Shown in pieces: positions 1 to 8,799 of a stretch of 64,000 nucleotides of DNA. Both the position numbers and the translations under genes were made by a program. The stretch is from Pseudomonadota bacterium (GTDB lineage: Bacteria > Pseudomonadota > Gammaproteobacteria > JAKAQQ01), in NCBI GenBank assembly GCA_027320085.1, contig DAHVLZ010000042.1, positions 1-64,000 of the forward strand. The letters are read 5' to 3'. Under the pieces are notes generated by a model. It was not told the DNA's origin, ran no database searches, and saw only the letters and a program-made list of their open reading frames with translations. Within the stretch, counting starts at the first letter, position 1, and each line of letters opens with the position of its first letter.

Positions 1-1009
1 CTTCAATCGTGCTGGCTGTTAAGAACCGAATGCCAGGCATAGATTCGTCCAGTCTTCCCGCTGCTGCGATCATGGGTGCGAGGTAGAAGGCCACAAAATC
101 ACTAGTGGCGGGCTTATTGTCCATAAGTAGCTTGTCCTTGATCACCCTCCAGGCGGGTAGTTCTCCCTTGTCTAGAATCTTGAGCCCGGCACGAATGACT
201 GCACGATTTATCAATGAATGGGTGAGCGAGACCGCGTCGCTTTGCGTGCCGACCATGGCATAGGAAAGCTCAGTGAGAAGTTTTGGCGCATCGGCGGGAA
301 GATACTTGCGATCAATTAGTACTCGGCGCACAGCACTCATCAGTAGCCACGCCACCATGCATCCAGCAATATTGGGATCGTAACGATTGCCAGGCGCTTT
401 TGGGCTCACGAACGCATAAGCGGACCTAGGCAGATTAGATTCAGGATAATTGTGATGATCTGAGATCACTACACTTACTCCAGCGGCCGCTAGACGTGCG
501 ATCTGTTTTTCATCTGTCGACCCACAATCTGCCGTGATGACAAGACTGCCGTGGTCCGGGTCAGCCAGGATTCGATCGGTCACCTTCGCGTTGAGGCCGT
601 ACCCTTCGAGCAAGCGATGCGCAATGTAGAAGCGAATGCGTTCGGGCGCTACACCAAAGCGTTGCGTCATAGCACTTAAAAAAATCGCCCCCGCAGAACT
701 GCCATCGCTATCAAAATCCACGCAGTAATTCTGCGTTGATCCGTCCATGACTGCGTCTGCAATTCGTTCGGCGGCTTTTCGCATGTCTGGGAGCAGTTCA
801 GGCGGTTGTATTACCGCGAGTGATGGCGATAGAAACACTTCCAGCGCCTCATCGTTTAAGCCAGAGACGCGCCCTGCCAGGACGCGCGCAACCGGTTCAG
901 AGCGGAGCTTGAGCGCCGCCCTATAGACCAATTCATCACGCGGACGCTGTTTGATGACGGGCAGGTCCGCTTTCGCTGGGCTCGAACTATTTTGGATCTG
1001 ATTGGCCAT
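1..1009 (-). CDS. recJ: Island-borne RecJ-like DHH-family ssDNA exonuclease (3' end runs off the window)
   Basis: Manual translation from the ATG at 1009 is open to base 1: MANQIQNSS...LPDMRKAAERIADAV...VDFDSDG...HRLLEGYGL...LVITADCGS...VVISDHH...VGTQSDAVSL...FYLAPMIAAAGRLDES. These are the RecJ motifs (DxDxDG, EGYG, TxDxG, DHH, AAGRL) in the correct order. Confidence 0.88.
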   Translation of the reverse strand, partial: MANQIQNSSSPAKADLPVIKQRPRDELVYRAALKLRSEPVARVLAGRVSGLNDEALEVFLSPSLAVIQPPELLPDMRKAAERIADAVMDGSTQNYCVDFDSDGSSAGAIFLSAMTQRFGVAPERIRFYIAHRLLEGYGLNAKVTDRILADPDHGSLVITADCGSTDEKQIARLAAAGVSVVISDHHNYPESNLPRSAYAFVSPKAPGNRYDPNIAGCMVAWLLMSAVRRVLIDRKYLPADAPKLLTELSYAMVGTQSDAVSLTHSLINRAVIRAGLKILDKGELPAWRVIKDKLLMDNKPATSDFVAFYLAPMIAAAGRLDESMPGIRFLTASTIE

Positions 1010-1147
1010 GCACTTCCAACGGAGAACGGAGATTGCAAGTTGTATTTCCCGACTAGCTGACGGTCACCAAGGTCCCTTCGGCGCCATAATACTAAGCTAT
1101 GGGCGCGTCCTATGGGAGCGGGAACTCAAAGTATTGAAGGGGTTGGT

Positions 1148-2098
1148 ATGGCAACACCTAAGACAGAACGCCTCGGCGTATCGGCAATGGACCATTTCTT
1201 TTCGGAACAAGGCTGGCTGTTTCGAGAGCAACCTACGCACGACTATGGAATCGATGCTCATATCGAAACGGTGGAAGATGAGCGCCCCACGGGTAAGCTG
1301 ATTGCCCTCCAAATCAAGTCAGGTAGCAGCTTCTTCAAAGAAGAAACTGACGACTGCTATGTATTCCGGACAGACAATAAGCATGTGGCGTATTGGGTTA
1401 ACCATTCGATGCCGGTTGTGTTGGTCCTCTACAACCCTGACACGAAGACGGCACACTGGCGACAAATCACCAAGGACAGTGTCGAGAACACTGGAAAAAA
1501 CTGGAAGATTGAGGTTCCGAAACATGACATGTTTGCAGATCCAAAGTCCACGTTGGACGCACTTGAAAGACTTTCGCAACCGGAGCCATACATTCGACGT
1601 CTTAACAGGCTCCGCGTAGATCGTCGCTGGATGGATTTAATCGAGGACGGCATCGAAGTACGGGTTGCTTTCGACGATTGGGTGAACAAGTCACTACCGC
1701 GCTACCAGGTAAAAATATACACCGATGATCAAAAAGAGACTTGGCCCACGCTACTATACACACCAGGGGTTGGAGTGGAGGGCATGCTCGAGCACTTTTT
1801 TCCCTGGGCGGATTTCACGGTCGATGAGGATGCGTATAAGGACGAAGCTGAATCTCAATGGGAGGCGGACTACTTATTTCGCGATTCGGAAACGGGAGAG
1901 ATTTTTTACGAGCGAGAATTTGAAGAGTGGTATACACCTCCAAAAGGTCTCATGCCGGTGGCCGACAATGGTGAGGTGAAAAGCTATGTCTTGATTCTAT
2001 CGGTGAATGATTTCGGGAGAAGTTTCATGTCTGTCGATAGTTATTGCTCTGATCCAGATGCACCAGAAGTAATTGGGTTCAGCTTGGATGAGGAGTGA
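1148..2098 (+). CDS. DUF4365-like PD-(D/E)XK nuclease-domain protein with an acidic C-terminal domain
   Basis: N-terminus has WLFREQPTHDYGIDAHIE...GKLIALQIKSG...YWVNHSMPVVLVLYNP, the typical DUF4365 pattern. GAAGGGG RBS precedes the ATG at 1148. Confidence 0.75.
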   Translation: MATPKTERLGVSAMDHFFSEQGWLFREQPTHDYGIDAHIETVEDERPTGKLIALQIKSGSSFFKEETDDCYVFRTDNKHVAYWVNHSMPVVLVLYNPDTKTAHWRQITKDSVENTGKNWKIEVPKHDMFADPKSTLDALERLSQPEPYIRRLNRLRVDRRWMDLIEDGIEVRVAFDDWVNKSLPRYQVKIYTDDQKETWPTLLYTPGVGVEGMLEHFFPWADFTVDEDAYKDEAESQWEADYLFRDSETGEIFYEREFEEWYTPPKGLMPVADNGEVKSYVLILSVNDFGRSFMSVDSYCSDPDAPEVIGFSLDEE

Positions 2099-2145
2099 AC
2101 TGCTGCAATCCAATCGGCGAGAGACATGTCGGCGCCTCTTTCTTT

Positions 2146-2171
2146 AGGCGAAGGTCTAGCGCCTTCTTTTT
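2146..2171 (+). terminator. Possible intrinsic terminator after the DUF4365 gene
   Basis: AGGCG-N9-CGCCT hairpin followed by TCTTTTT. Confidence 0.35.
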
Positions 2172-3266
2172 GTTGCGCTTGTGGGAGTCCTACGCTTCTT
2201 ACGACGCGGCCTAGGTCGTGTACGTCGTCAAGTGATTTGAGACACGGAAGGCGATTTTCTTAAGGATGGTTTTCGATATTCGTCGGGCAGGATCAGGCGC
2301 TTGCGCAGGACCTGCAGACCTTGGTTGTAACGCTTCCTCTGCCGCAACGTCTCGGCCTTTACCCGTTCCCGCGCCTGGTTGATGGAGGCTACGCGGCCGA
2401 AGTGAACGTCCGCCGGGGTCAGGTTATCCAAGGACTCGTGGTAGCGGTGATGGTTGTAGTGTTCGAAGAAGTTGCCGATGGCTAATTCCAACTCCCTCGG
2501 CAAGTAATAGTTCTCGAGCTTCACCACGTTCTTAATGGAGCGGTTCAGGCGTTCGACCTTGCCCTGGGCCTGGGGGTGATAGGGTTTGCCGTGGACCTCC
2601 CCCATGCCGTGCTTCGCGAGGTAGTCGGAGTGCTCTTGGGCGCGGAAGCTCGGGCCATTGTCCGAGAGCAACCGCGGCCGATGGCGCACCGCGACGCGGC
2701 TGACCCCGGTCGCTTGGATGGTCTCCTCCAAGAGCTCTGTGACATCACTGGCCTGCATCGTGGTGTAGAGCTTCCAGGCGAGGACGTAGCGGCTGTAGTC
2801 GTCTAGGATCACGAGCAGGTAGTACCAACCCCAGCCGATGACCTTGAAGTAGGTGAAGTCGGTCTGCCACAGCTCATGGATGCGCCGGGTCTGATGCAGG
2901 AACTGGTCCCGAGCGGTGAGCACGATGAAGTTCGGGCTGGTGATGAGGTCGAAGGCCTTGAGGATGCGGTAAACACTGGACTCGCTGATGAAGTAGCCCT
3001 GGGTGTCGGTGATGTGCTAGGCCAGCTCCCGGGGCGAGAGCTCAGGCTTCGCGAGCGCGGTCTTCACCACTGCGTATTCCGGTCAAAACTGCCACCTGTT
3101 CCGGTCTGAAATCCGCCACTGATTCCGGTGGGAAAACCGCCAGTCATTCCGGTCGAATCCCGCCACCCTCATATCCAGGCCCATGAACGGGTGGTTTAGA
3201 CTAAAATTGCCGTTTATTGAGGTGCTGCAACCGGCCAATAGCGGAACTTGGGAAAAACATGTTCAA

Positions 3267-3503
3267 ATGACTCAGCCAACCCATCCAATTCCAATCCTTG
3301 AGCTTGTGCTCTTGGTGATATTTGCGCTCTTCCTTTGGGCCACGTTATACATTTTGACATTGTTTGTTAAGCGAGCTTTGAACATAGATAAGACGCCAAT
3401 AACGACGACTCTGCGATCGCGCTGGACATTAGCATTTGCAGTATTTTCGCTCGCCATACTCATTGCGGCCGCAGTTCGGGTATATAGCGCGTCAAAGAGA
3501 TGA
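3267..3503 (+). CDS. Small hypothetical membrane protein (78 aa, two hydrophobic segments)
   Basis: MTQPTHPIPILELVLLVIFALFLWATLYILTLFVK...WTLAFAVFSLAILIAAAVRVY; flanked by 14-bp near-identical direct repeats. Confidence 0.55.
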   Translation: MTQPTHPIPILELVLLVIFALFLWATLYILTLFVKRALNIDKTPITTTLRSRWTLAFAVFSLAILIAAAVRVYSASKR

Positions 3504-3706
3504 GAGATCGCTTTCGGCCAAAAGCGGACATGCATTAAAACTGGAGCGGGGAGGGTTGGGTAGACTGAAGCGCCCAATTTACTAAATTGAAAAATGCAGA
3601 TCTCGTCTAAATTAACGCACGCAGCTCCATGCATTATCAAGCTTTTAAGCTTGATAACAATACTAAAATCATTGATATTAGTAGGATACTAATAAGAATA
3701 AAGAGT

Positions 3707-4442
3707 GGGTCATGACTAGAACAGGAGGCTCCAATGTGGGATAAATCTAGTCATGGCAATGAAAAACAGATACGCAAAACGTTCAAAAATTTCAGAGGCC
3801 AAAATCCGGGATTTGATCCGGCTCTTTGCCCTGAATCTAGATGCCACTCAGATCGCCGTGTTGACGAGCTTAAACCGCAATACAGTGAACCGATTTCTCA
3901 AGGCCCTCCGGAAACGGATCGCCCTGTATTGTGAAGAGCAATCTCCCTTGTCGGGAGAGATCGAGGTCGACGAATCCTATTTCGGATCCCGACGGGTCAA
4001 AGGGAAGCGCGGTCGGGGCGCTTTTGGAAAAACCATCGTTTTTGGCCTTTTCAAACGCAACGGAAAAGTCTATACCGAGATCGTTCCCGATTGCTCCAAA
4101 GAGACCCTGCAAGGCATCATTCGGGGAAAAGTGGCCCTGGAGAGCGTCATCTACTCCGACGGGTGGCGTGGCTATAATGGCCTGGTGGACGTCGGGTACG
4201 GCAAACACCTTCGGGTGGATCACGGGAAGGACCAATTTGTTGTGGGTCCGGCCCACATCAATGGAATCGAAGGGTTCTGGGGATTCGCCAAATCCCGACT
4301 CACGCGCTTTCGGGGGACGTGTCCTTCGACCTTCTATCTCCATCTGAAGGAATGTGAATTCCGTTTCAACCACCGAAACCAGGATCTCTATAAATTGATC
4401 CTGAAAATGGTCGGAGAAAAACCGCTGTTCTAGTCATGACCC
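3707..4442 (+). mobile_element. Intact IS1595-family element (736 bp, IS1016-like size)
   Basis: Terminal inverted repeats GGGTCATGACTAGAACAG / CTGTTCTAGTCATGACCC; 8-bp target duplication TAAAGAGT at 3699-3706 and 4443-4450. Confidence 0.92.
3753..4433 (+). CDS. IS1595-family DDE transposase
   Basis: EIEVDESYFG, GKRGRGA, IYSDGWRGY, HINGIEGFW, FYLHLKECEFRFN motifs. Confidence 0.92.
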   Translation: MAMKNRYAKRSKISEAKIRDLIRLFALNLDATQIAVLTSLNRNTVNRFLKALRKRIALYCEEQSPLSGEIEVDESYFGSRRVKGKRGRGAFGKTIVFGLFKRNGKVYTEIVPDCSKETLQGIIRGKVALESVIYSDGWRGYNGLVDVGYGKHLRVDHGKDQFVVGPAHINGIEGFWGFAKSRLTRFRGTCPSTFYLHLKECEFRFNHRNQDLYKLILKMVGEKPLF

Positions 4443-5109
4443 TAAAGAGTTTATCTCTAACTTCTAACAGAACATGAATGGAATTTAAATAACTTTCTTT
4501 CTTATCTGCGTTATTATCTACACTTTGCCAATTTTATTAATTTTCAATGTGATTAAAAATACGTACGCTGAAAAACCAAACCCAATAATGAGCAATGTAA
4601 TGATTAAATTAATCATGAACGTTGTCGGCTTTGCATGCCCCCCCTGAGATCAGCCCTTCGTTTTTATCCATTGTAAACTAAATGCTGTTATTCCATGGAA
4701 CCATCAAACTCCGGCGATAGCTTAATGGAATGGCCGCAATGGGTCGTTTTGGGCATCTCGCACCACGCGGTGGGATGGTTCTAGTTACCGCGGGTCAAGT
4801 GGCGCTTTTGAAGCATAACGGGTGGCGGGTTTGCCACCGTAAACCCTGGCGGTTTTCAGAGCATAATCGGTGGCGGAATTCGACCGGAATACGCAACCAC
4901 CCGGTCACGCTCGGCCGCGGGAATGCGGTTCCAGAAGGTCTGCCGCCCGGACTTCGACTCGAGGCCGGCGAGCCCGTCCTGGGCATAGGCCCGATACCAG
5001 CGGTAGAAGTTGGCGCGGGGCACCTCGATCTCGGCCAGGGTGCGCTTCACCCCGAGCTCCGAGTTCTCTACCAAGCGAATGGTCTCAAGCTTCTCCGCCG
5101 CGGTGTATC

Positions 5110-5480
5110 TCATTGATCCGGCGGCTCGTCGGGCAGACCGGCCAAGGTTTTTTTTAACACGCGGTTCCGGAGCGTCAGCTCCGCCACCACCAGCTTCAGC
5201 TGCTCGTTCTCCCGGCGCAGCCCGGACACATCACCGCTGTTCGCCTGTCGCTCGGTGTCCCCTTGCAGCCGCTTCTTACCGGCTTCCAGGAACTCCTTGC
5301 TCCAGCTGTAATACAGGTTCGGGCTGATGCCTTCCCGCCGGCAGATCTCGGCGATGCTGGCTTCGCCCTTCAAGCCTTCCAGCACGATGCGGATATTCTC
5401 TTCCGCTCCAAACCGCCGCCGTGTACGCCGGCGGATTTCACGAACTTTAGCCTCTGGGTCAGCTGGGTCCTCATGGCATA
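5110..5480 (-). pseudogene. IS3-family OrfA (HTH), 5' start out of frame
   Basis: RRRFGAEENIRIVLEGLKGEASIAEICRREGISPNLYYSWSKEFLEAG is an IS3 OrfA HTH plus leucine zipper. The ATGs after the GGAGGAG RBS are not in this frame. Confidence 0.75.
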
Positions 5481-5715
5481 CTCCTCCTGACCAGTCTTCA
5501 GGATGGGCCGGACCTCTACAATACTCCAGCCCTTGACTGTGTCTCACTTAGGCTGACACGGAACAGTCGGACCAGTACCAAGATTCATTAGGAATATGGC
5601 CGTACAAGACAAATTTGCGTTTGAGCGGTATTATGTCGTAGTGCCAGATTGGACAGGGACTGGCATCTAGATTCTGATAGTTCTTAGTTTCAATGACTGA
5701 AACCGGGGTAAGAAC

Positions 5716-8700
5716 TTGCCGACGAGCGACACATTCTTTGAGCGCCCGATTCTCAACTCTCCCTATGACTATCCTGCCCGTCATTGGGAACTGGATGCTT
5801 CGGGACAACCAACCCAACGGATCATTGATAGTCGCCGCCGCGCCGAGTTTATAACACCCATTCCGAAGCCCAAGAAGCGCAAGGGCGGCGACCAGAGTGC
5901 GCTCGTTTTCGACGAGGGTAAGGGTCTTTCGACGTCCGAGCAGCAATACGCGCATACCGCTGTTATCCAAGGATTGCGACAAGAGGTAGACCGCTGGCGC
6001 GCGCTCCAGAATACGAACGACTGGAGGGTGACACCAGAGACGGTGCGCCTACTTCAGCACTGGCGCCACCATCCTTTCGCCGGAATCCGCCCATTCTTCT
6101 GCCAGATCGAAGCGGTAGAGACGACCATCTGGCTTACAGAAGTTGCGCCTCAGCTCGGAAAATCCGCTGATCGATTCATCCAGCATCTCGAGGTTGCAAA
6201 CAACGAAGCCAACCCCGGACTCAATCGACTGGCCCTAAAGCTTGCGACTGGTGCAGGCAAGACCACAGTGATGGCGATGCTCATGGCGTGGCAGACGATC
6301 AATGCCGTGCGTCATCCGACTAGCAAACGATTTACGCGCGGGTTTCTAGTGGTTACACCAGGTCTCACAATTCGCGACCGACTTCGTGTGCTGCAGCCAA
6401 ACGATCCGGACAGCTACTTCACCACGTGCGAGCTGCTCCCGGTCGATATGCTAGAGGACATCCATCGCGCCAAAATCGTCATCACCAATTACCACGCATT
6501 TAAATTGCGTGAGCGAATGGAGCTATCCTCCGGCGGCCGCGCACTGCTTCAGGGACGCACCGGAGAGGAACTGCAGACCCAGGAGACAGAGGGTCAGATG
6601 CTTCAGCGCGTCATGCCAGACCTCATGGGCTTGAAGAACGTCGTGGTGATCAATGATGAGGCACATCACTGTTATCGCGAGAAGCCCCAGGAAGCCGACG
6701 ACGAAGAGCTGAAAGGCGACGAGAGGAAAGAAGCCGAGAAGAACAACCAGGCCGCACGACTATGGATCTCTGGCATCGAGATTGTCAATCGCAAACTCGG
6801 CGTCACGCGCGTCACTGACCTGTCGGCAACACCGTTTTTCCTGCGCGGGTCCGGATACGCGGAGGGCACACTTTATCCCTGGACCATGAGCGACTTCTCG
6901 CTGATGGATGCTATTGAGTGCGGCATTGTTAAACTGCCACGTGTCCCGGTCGCGGAGAATATCCCAGGCAACGAAATGCCTATGTTCCGGAATCTCTGGG
7001 AGAACATCCGGAAGGACATGCCCAAGAAGGGCCGCGGGACTGCCGGTGAGTTAGACCCACTCAAGCTACCGACTCGGCTGCAAACCGCTTTGCAGGCGCT
7101 TTACGGCCACTATGAACAGACCTTCAAGCTTTGGGAAAGTAATGGCGTTAGGATACCGCCTTGCTTCATCATCATATGCCAGAACACCGCCATCTCAAAA
7201 CTGGTCTATGACTTCATTTCCGGGTTTCAGCAGATAAACGCCGACGGTACTACCACGCTAGTCAACGGACGGCTTGCATTGTTCCGAAATTTCGACGAAA
7301 CAACTGGCAATGCCTTAGCGCGACCGAATACCCTACTAATCGACAGCGAACAGTTGGAATCTGGCACGGCCTTGGATGACAACTTTCGGTCAATGGCGGC
7401 TGACGAGATCGAGCGCTTCCGGCGTGAGATTACGGAGCGCACCGGCGATACACGTCGTGCGGAAAGCCTTGGCGATCAAGAGTTACTGCGCGAAGTGATG
7501 AACACAGTAGGTAAGGCTGGCCAGCTTGGTGCTGGCATTCGCTGCGTAGTTTCAGTTGCGATGCTAACCGAAGGCTGGGACGCCAACAACGTTACGCACA
7601 TACTTGGTATCCGTGCCTTTGGTACACAGCTGCTCTGCGAGCAGGTCATTGGTCGTGCGTTGCGTCGCCAGTCTTATGAGCTGAATAACGACAATCTGTT
7701 CAATGTAGAGTATGCAGATATATTTGGGATACCGTTTGACTTCACTGCCAAACCGGTGATTGCGCCGCCACAGTCACCTCGTCAGACGATTCAGGTCAAA
7801 GCTGTGCGCCCAGACCGCGACGCATTGGAGATCAGATTTCCACGTGTCCAGGGCTATCGCGTAGAGTTGCCTGAAGAGCGGCTGGCGGCTAACTTCAACG
7901 AAGATTCTATCCTTGAACTTAGCCCCGACCTTGTGGGCCCGTCCATTACGCGGAACCAGGGCATTATCGGTGAAGGTGTGGACTTAGATTTGAAACACCT
8001 GGACGATCTACGGCCATCTACTATCCTGTTCCATCTCACTCAACGTCTTATTTACACCAAGTGGCGCGACCCCGGTGAAGAGCCGAAGCTTTACCTCTTC
8101 GGTCAGCTCAAGCGTGTGACCAAGCAATGGCTCGACAGTTGTCTCATCTGCAAAGGCGGTACGTATCAGGGTTTGTTGATGTATCAGGAGCTGGCTGACA
8201 TGGCCTGCAATAAGATAACCGCGGCCATCACACGTGAGTTTCAAGGCAAGCGCCCGATTAAGGCCCTGCTTGACGCATACAATCCAACCGGCTCAACGTC
8301 GTATGTTCGTTTCGCTACCTCCCGCACTGATCTGTGGGAAACGAGCCCCAAGCACTGTCACGTGAACTGGGTCGTACTTGATAGCGATTGGGAAGCGGAA
8401 TTCTGTCGAGTAGTCGAATCGCATCCGCAAGTTCGTGCTTATGTTAAAAATCACAGCCTCGGATTAGAAGTCCCATATCGCTACGGCTCAGAAACCCGCA
8501 AATATCTCCCTGACTTTATCGTTGCTATAGACGACGGGCATGGTCCAAGTGATTTGCTTCAATTGATCGTTGAGATTAAGGGCTATCGGCGCGAAGACGC
8601 TAAGGAAAAGAAATCGACGATGGAAGCTTATTGGATCCCTGGCGTGAATAACTTGAAGAGTTACGGACGCTGGGCTTTTGCAGAGTTCGGTGATGTCTAT

Positions 8701-8799
8701 CAGATGGATGCAGATTTCAAAACGAAGGTGAAGAGTCAAGTTGATTCACTGATCACAACTGCCGTCAAGAACCAAAAGACGCCGGAGGCTGCCTCATAA
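5716..8799 (+). CDS. res: Type III restriction endonuclease Res subunit (BPTD_3080-like)
   Basis: FFERPILNSPY N-terminus; Walker A ATGAGKT; DEAH; EGWD; EQVIGRALRR; C-terminal YLPDF...VEIKG PD-(D/E)XK nuclease. Confidence 0.88.
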   Translation: MPTSDTFFERPILNSPYDYPARHWELDASGQPTQRIIDSRRRAEFITPIPKPKKRKGGDQSALVFDEGKGLSTSEQQYAHTAVIQGLRQEVDRWRALQNTNDWRVTPETVRLLQHWRHHPFAGIRPFFCQIEAVETTIWLTEVAPQLGKSADRFIQHLEVANNEANPGLNRLALKLATGAGKTTVMAMLMAWQTINAVRHPTSKRFTRGFLVVTPGLTIRDRLRVLQPNDPDSYFTTCELLPVDMLEDIHRAKIVITNYHAFKLRERMELSSGGRALLQGRTGEELQTQETEGQMLQRVMPDLMGLKNVVVINDEAHHCYREKPQEADDEELKGDERKEAEKNNQAARLWISGIEIVNRKLGVTRVTDLSATPFFLRGSGYAEGTLYPWTMSDFSLMDAIECGIVKLPRVPVAENIPGNEMPMFRNLWENIRKDMPKKGRGTAGELDPLKLPTRLQTALQALYGHYEQTFKLWESNGVRIPPCFIIICQNTAISKLVYDFISGFQQINADGTTTLVNGRLALFRNFDETTGNALARPNTLLIDSEQLESGTALDDNFRSMAADEIERFRREITERTGDTRRAESLGDQELLREVMNTVGKAGQLGAGIRCVVSVAMLTEGWDANNVTHILGIRAFGTQLLCEQVIGRALRRQSYELNNDNLFNVEYADIFGIPFDFTAKPVIAPPQSPRQTIQVKAVRPDRDALEIRFPRVQGYRVELPEERLAANFNEDSILELSPDLVGPSITRNQGIIGEGVDLDLKHLDDLRPSTILFHLTQRLIYTKWRDPGEEPKLYLFGQLKRVTKQWLDSCLICKGGTYQGLLMYQELADMACNKITAAITREFQGKRPIKALLDAYNPTGSTSYVRFATSRTDLWETSPKHCHVNWVVLDSDWEAEFCRVVESHPQVRAYVKNHSLGLEVPYRYGSETRKYLPDFIVAIDDGHGPSDLLQLIVEIKGYRREDAKEKKSTMEAYWIPGVNNLKSYGRWAFAEFGDVYQMDADFKTKVKSQVDSLITTAVKNQKTPEAAS

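Larger units (their letters stand above)
3637..4616 (-). pseudogene. Probable small two-TM protein gene, frameshifted and interrupted by IS1595
   Basis: MINLIITLLIIGFGFSAYVFLITLKINK, then in another frame QSVDNNADKKESYLNSIHVLLEVRDKLF|ILISILLISMILVLLSSLKA*. The second part reads continuously across the IS1595 site once the IS and one TSD copy are removed. Confidence 0.4.
3071..4895. mobile_element. Non-autonomous IS21-ended element (MIC/MITE-like) carrying small passenger ORFs
   Basis: Terminal inverted repeat TGCGTATTCCGGTC...GACCGGAATACGCA. About four tandem ~23-bp subterminal repeats (TTCCGGT..AAA.CCGCCA) at each end. 5-bp target duplication ACCAC at 3066-3070 and 4896-4900. No istA/istB inside. 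Confidence 0.85.
2228..5113 (-). pseudogene. IS3-family OrfB DDE transposase, interrupted at 3071-4895 and carrying an in-frame TAG
   Basis: 5' part MRYTAAEKLETIRLVE...RDRVV resumes after the insert as VKTALAKPELSPRELA*HIT...WQTDFTY...LDDYSR...SDNG...GKVER (rve DDE motifs). Confidence 0.85.
2219..5565 (-). mobile_element. Decayed IS3-family element (~1.5 kb without its insert), split by a nested element
   Basis: Imperfect 27-bp inverted ends: TGTACGTCGTCAAGTGATTTGAGACAC and rc TGTTCCGTGTCAGCCTAAGTGAGACAC. GTCG is duplicated at 2215-2218 and 5566-5569. orfA/orfB layout with an A-run near the end of orfA. Confidence 0.85.

Noticed and set aside
1-1009. Idea that the minus-strand recJ is the inverted 5' half of the host recJ
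   Set aside because: It extends past DHH through AAGRL, duplicating motifs present in the host 3' part with a very different sequence and lower GC.
3071-3170. Tandem ~23-bp repeats that could suggest a mini-CRISPR or iterons
   Set aside because: There are no spacers. The repeats are mirrored in inverted form at 4795-4895 with a target duplication, so they are IS21-type end repeats. No cas or rep gene is nearby.
5548-5982. ORFs 5548-5982 (-), 4730-5116 (+), 2876-3109 (+) and 52855-53349 (+)
   Set aside because: They are antisense to res or IS genes, or span element junctions, with no coherent protein signal.
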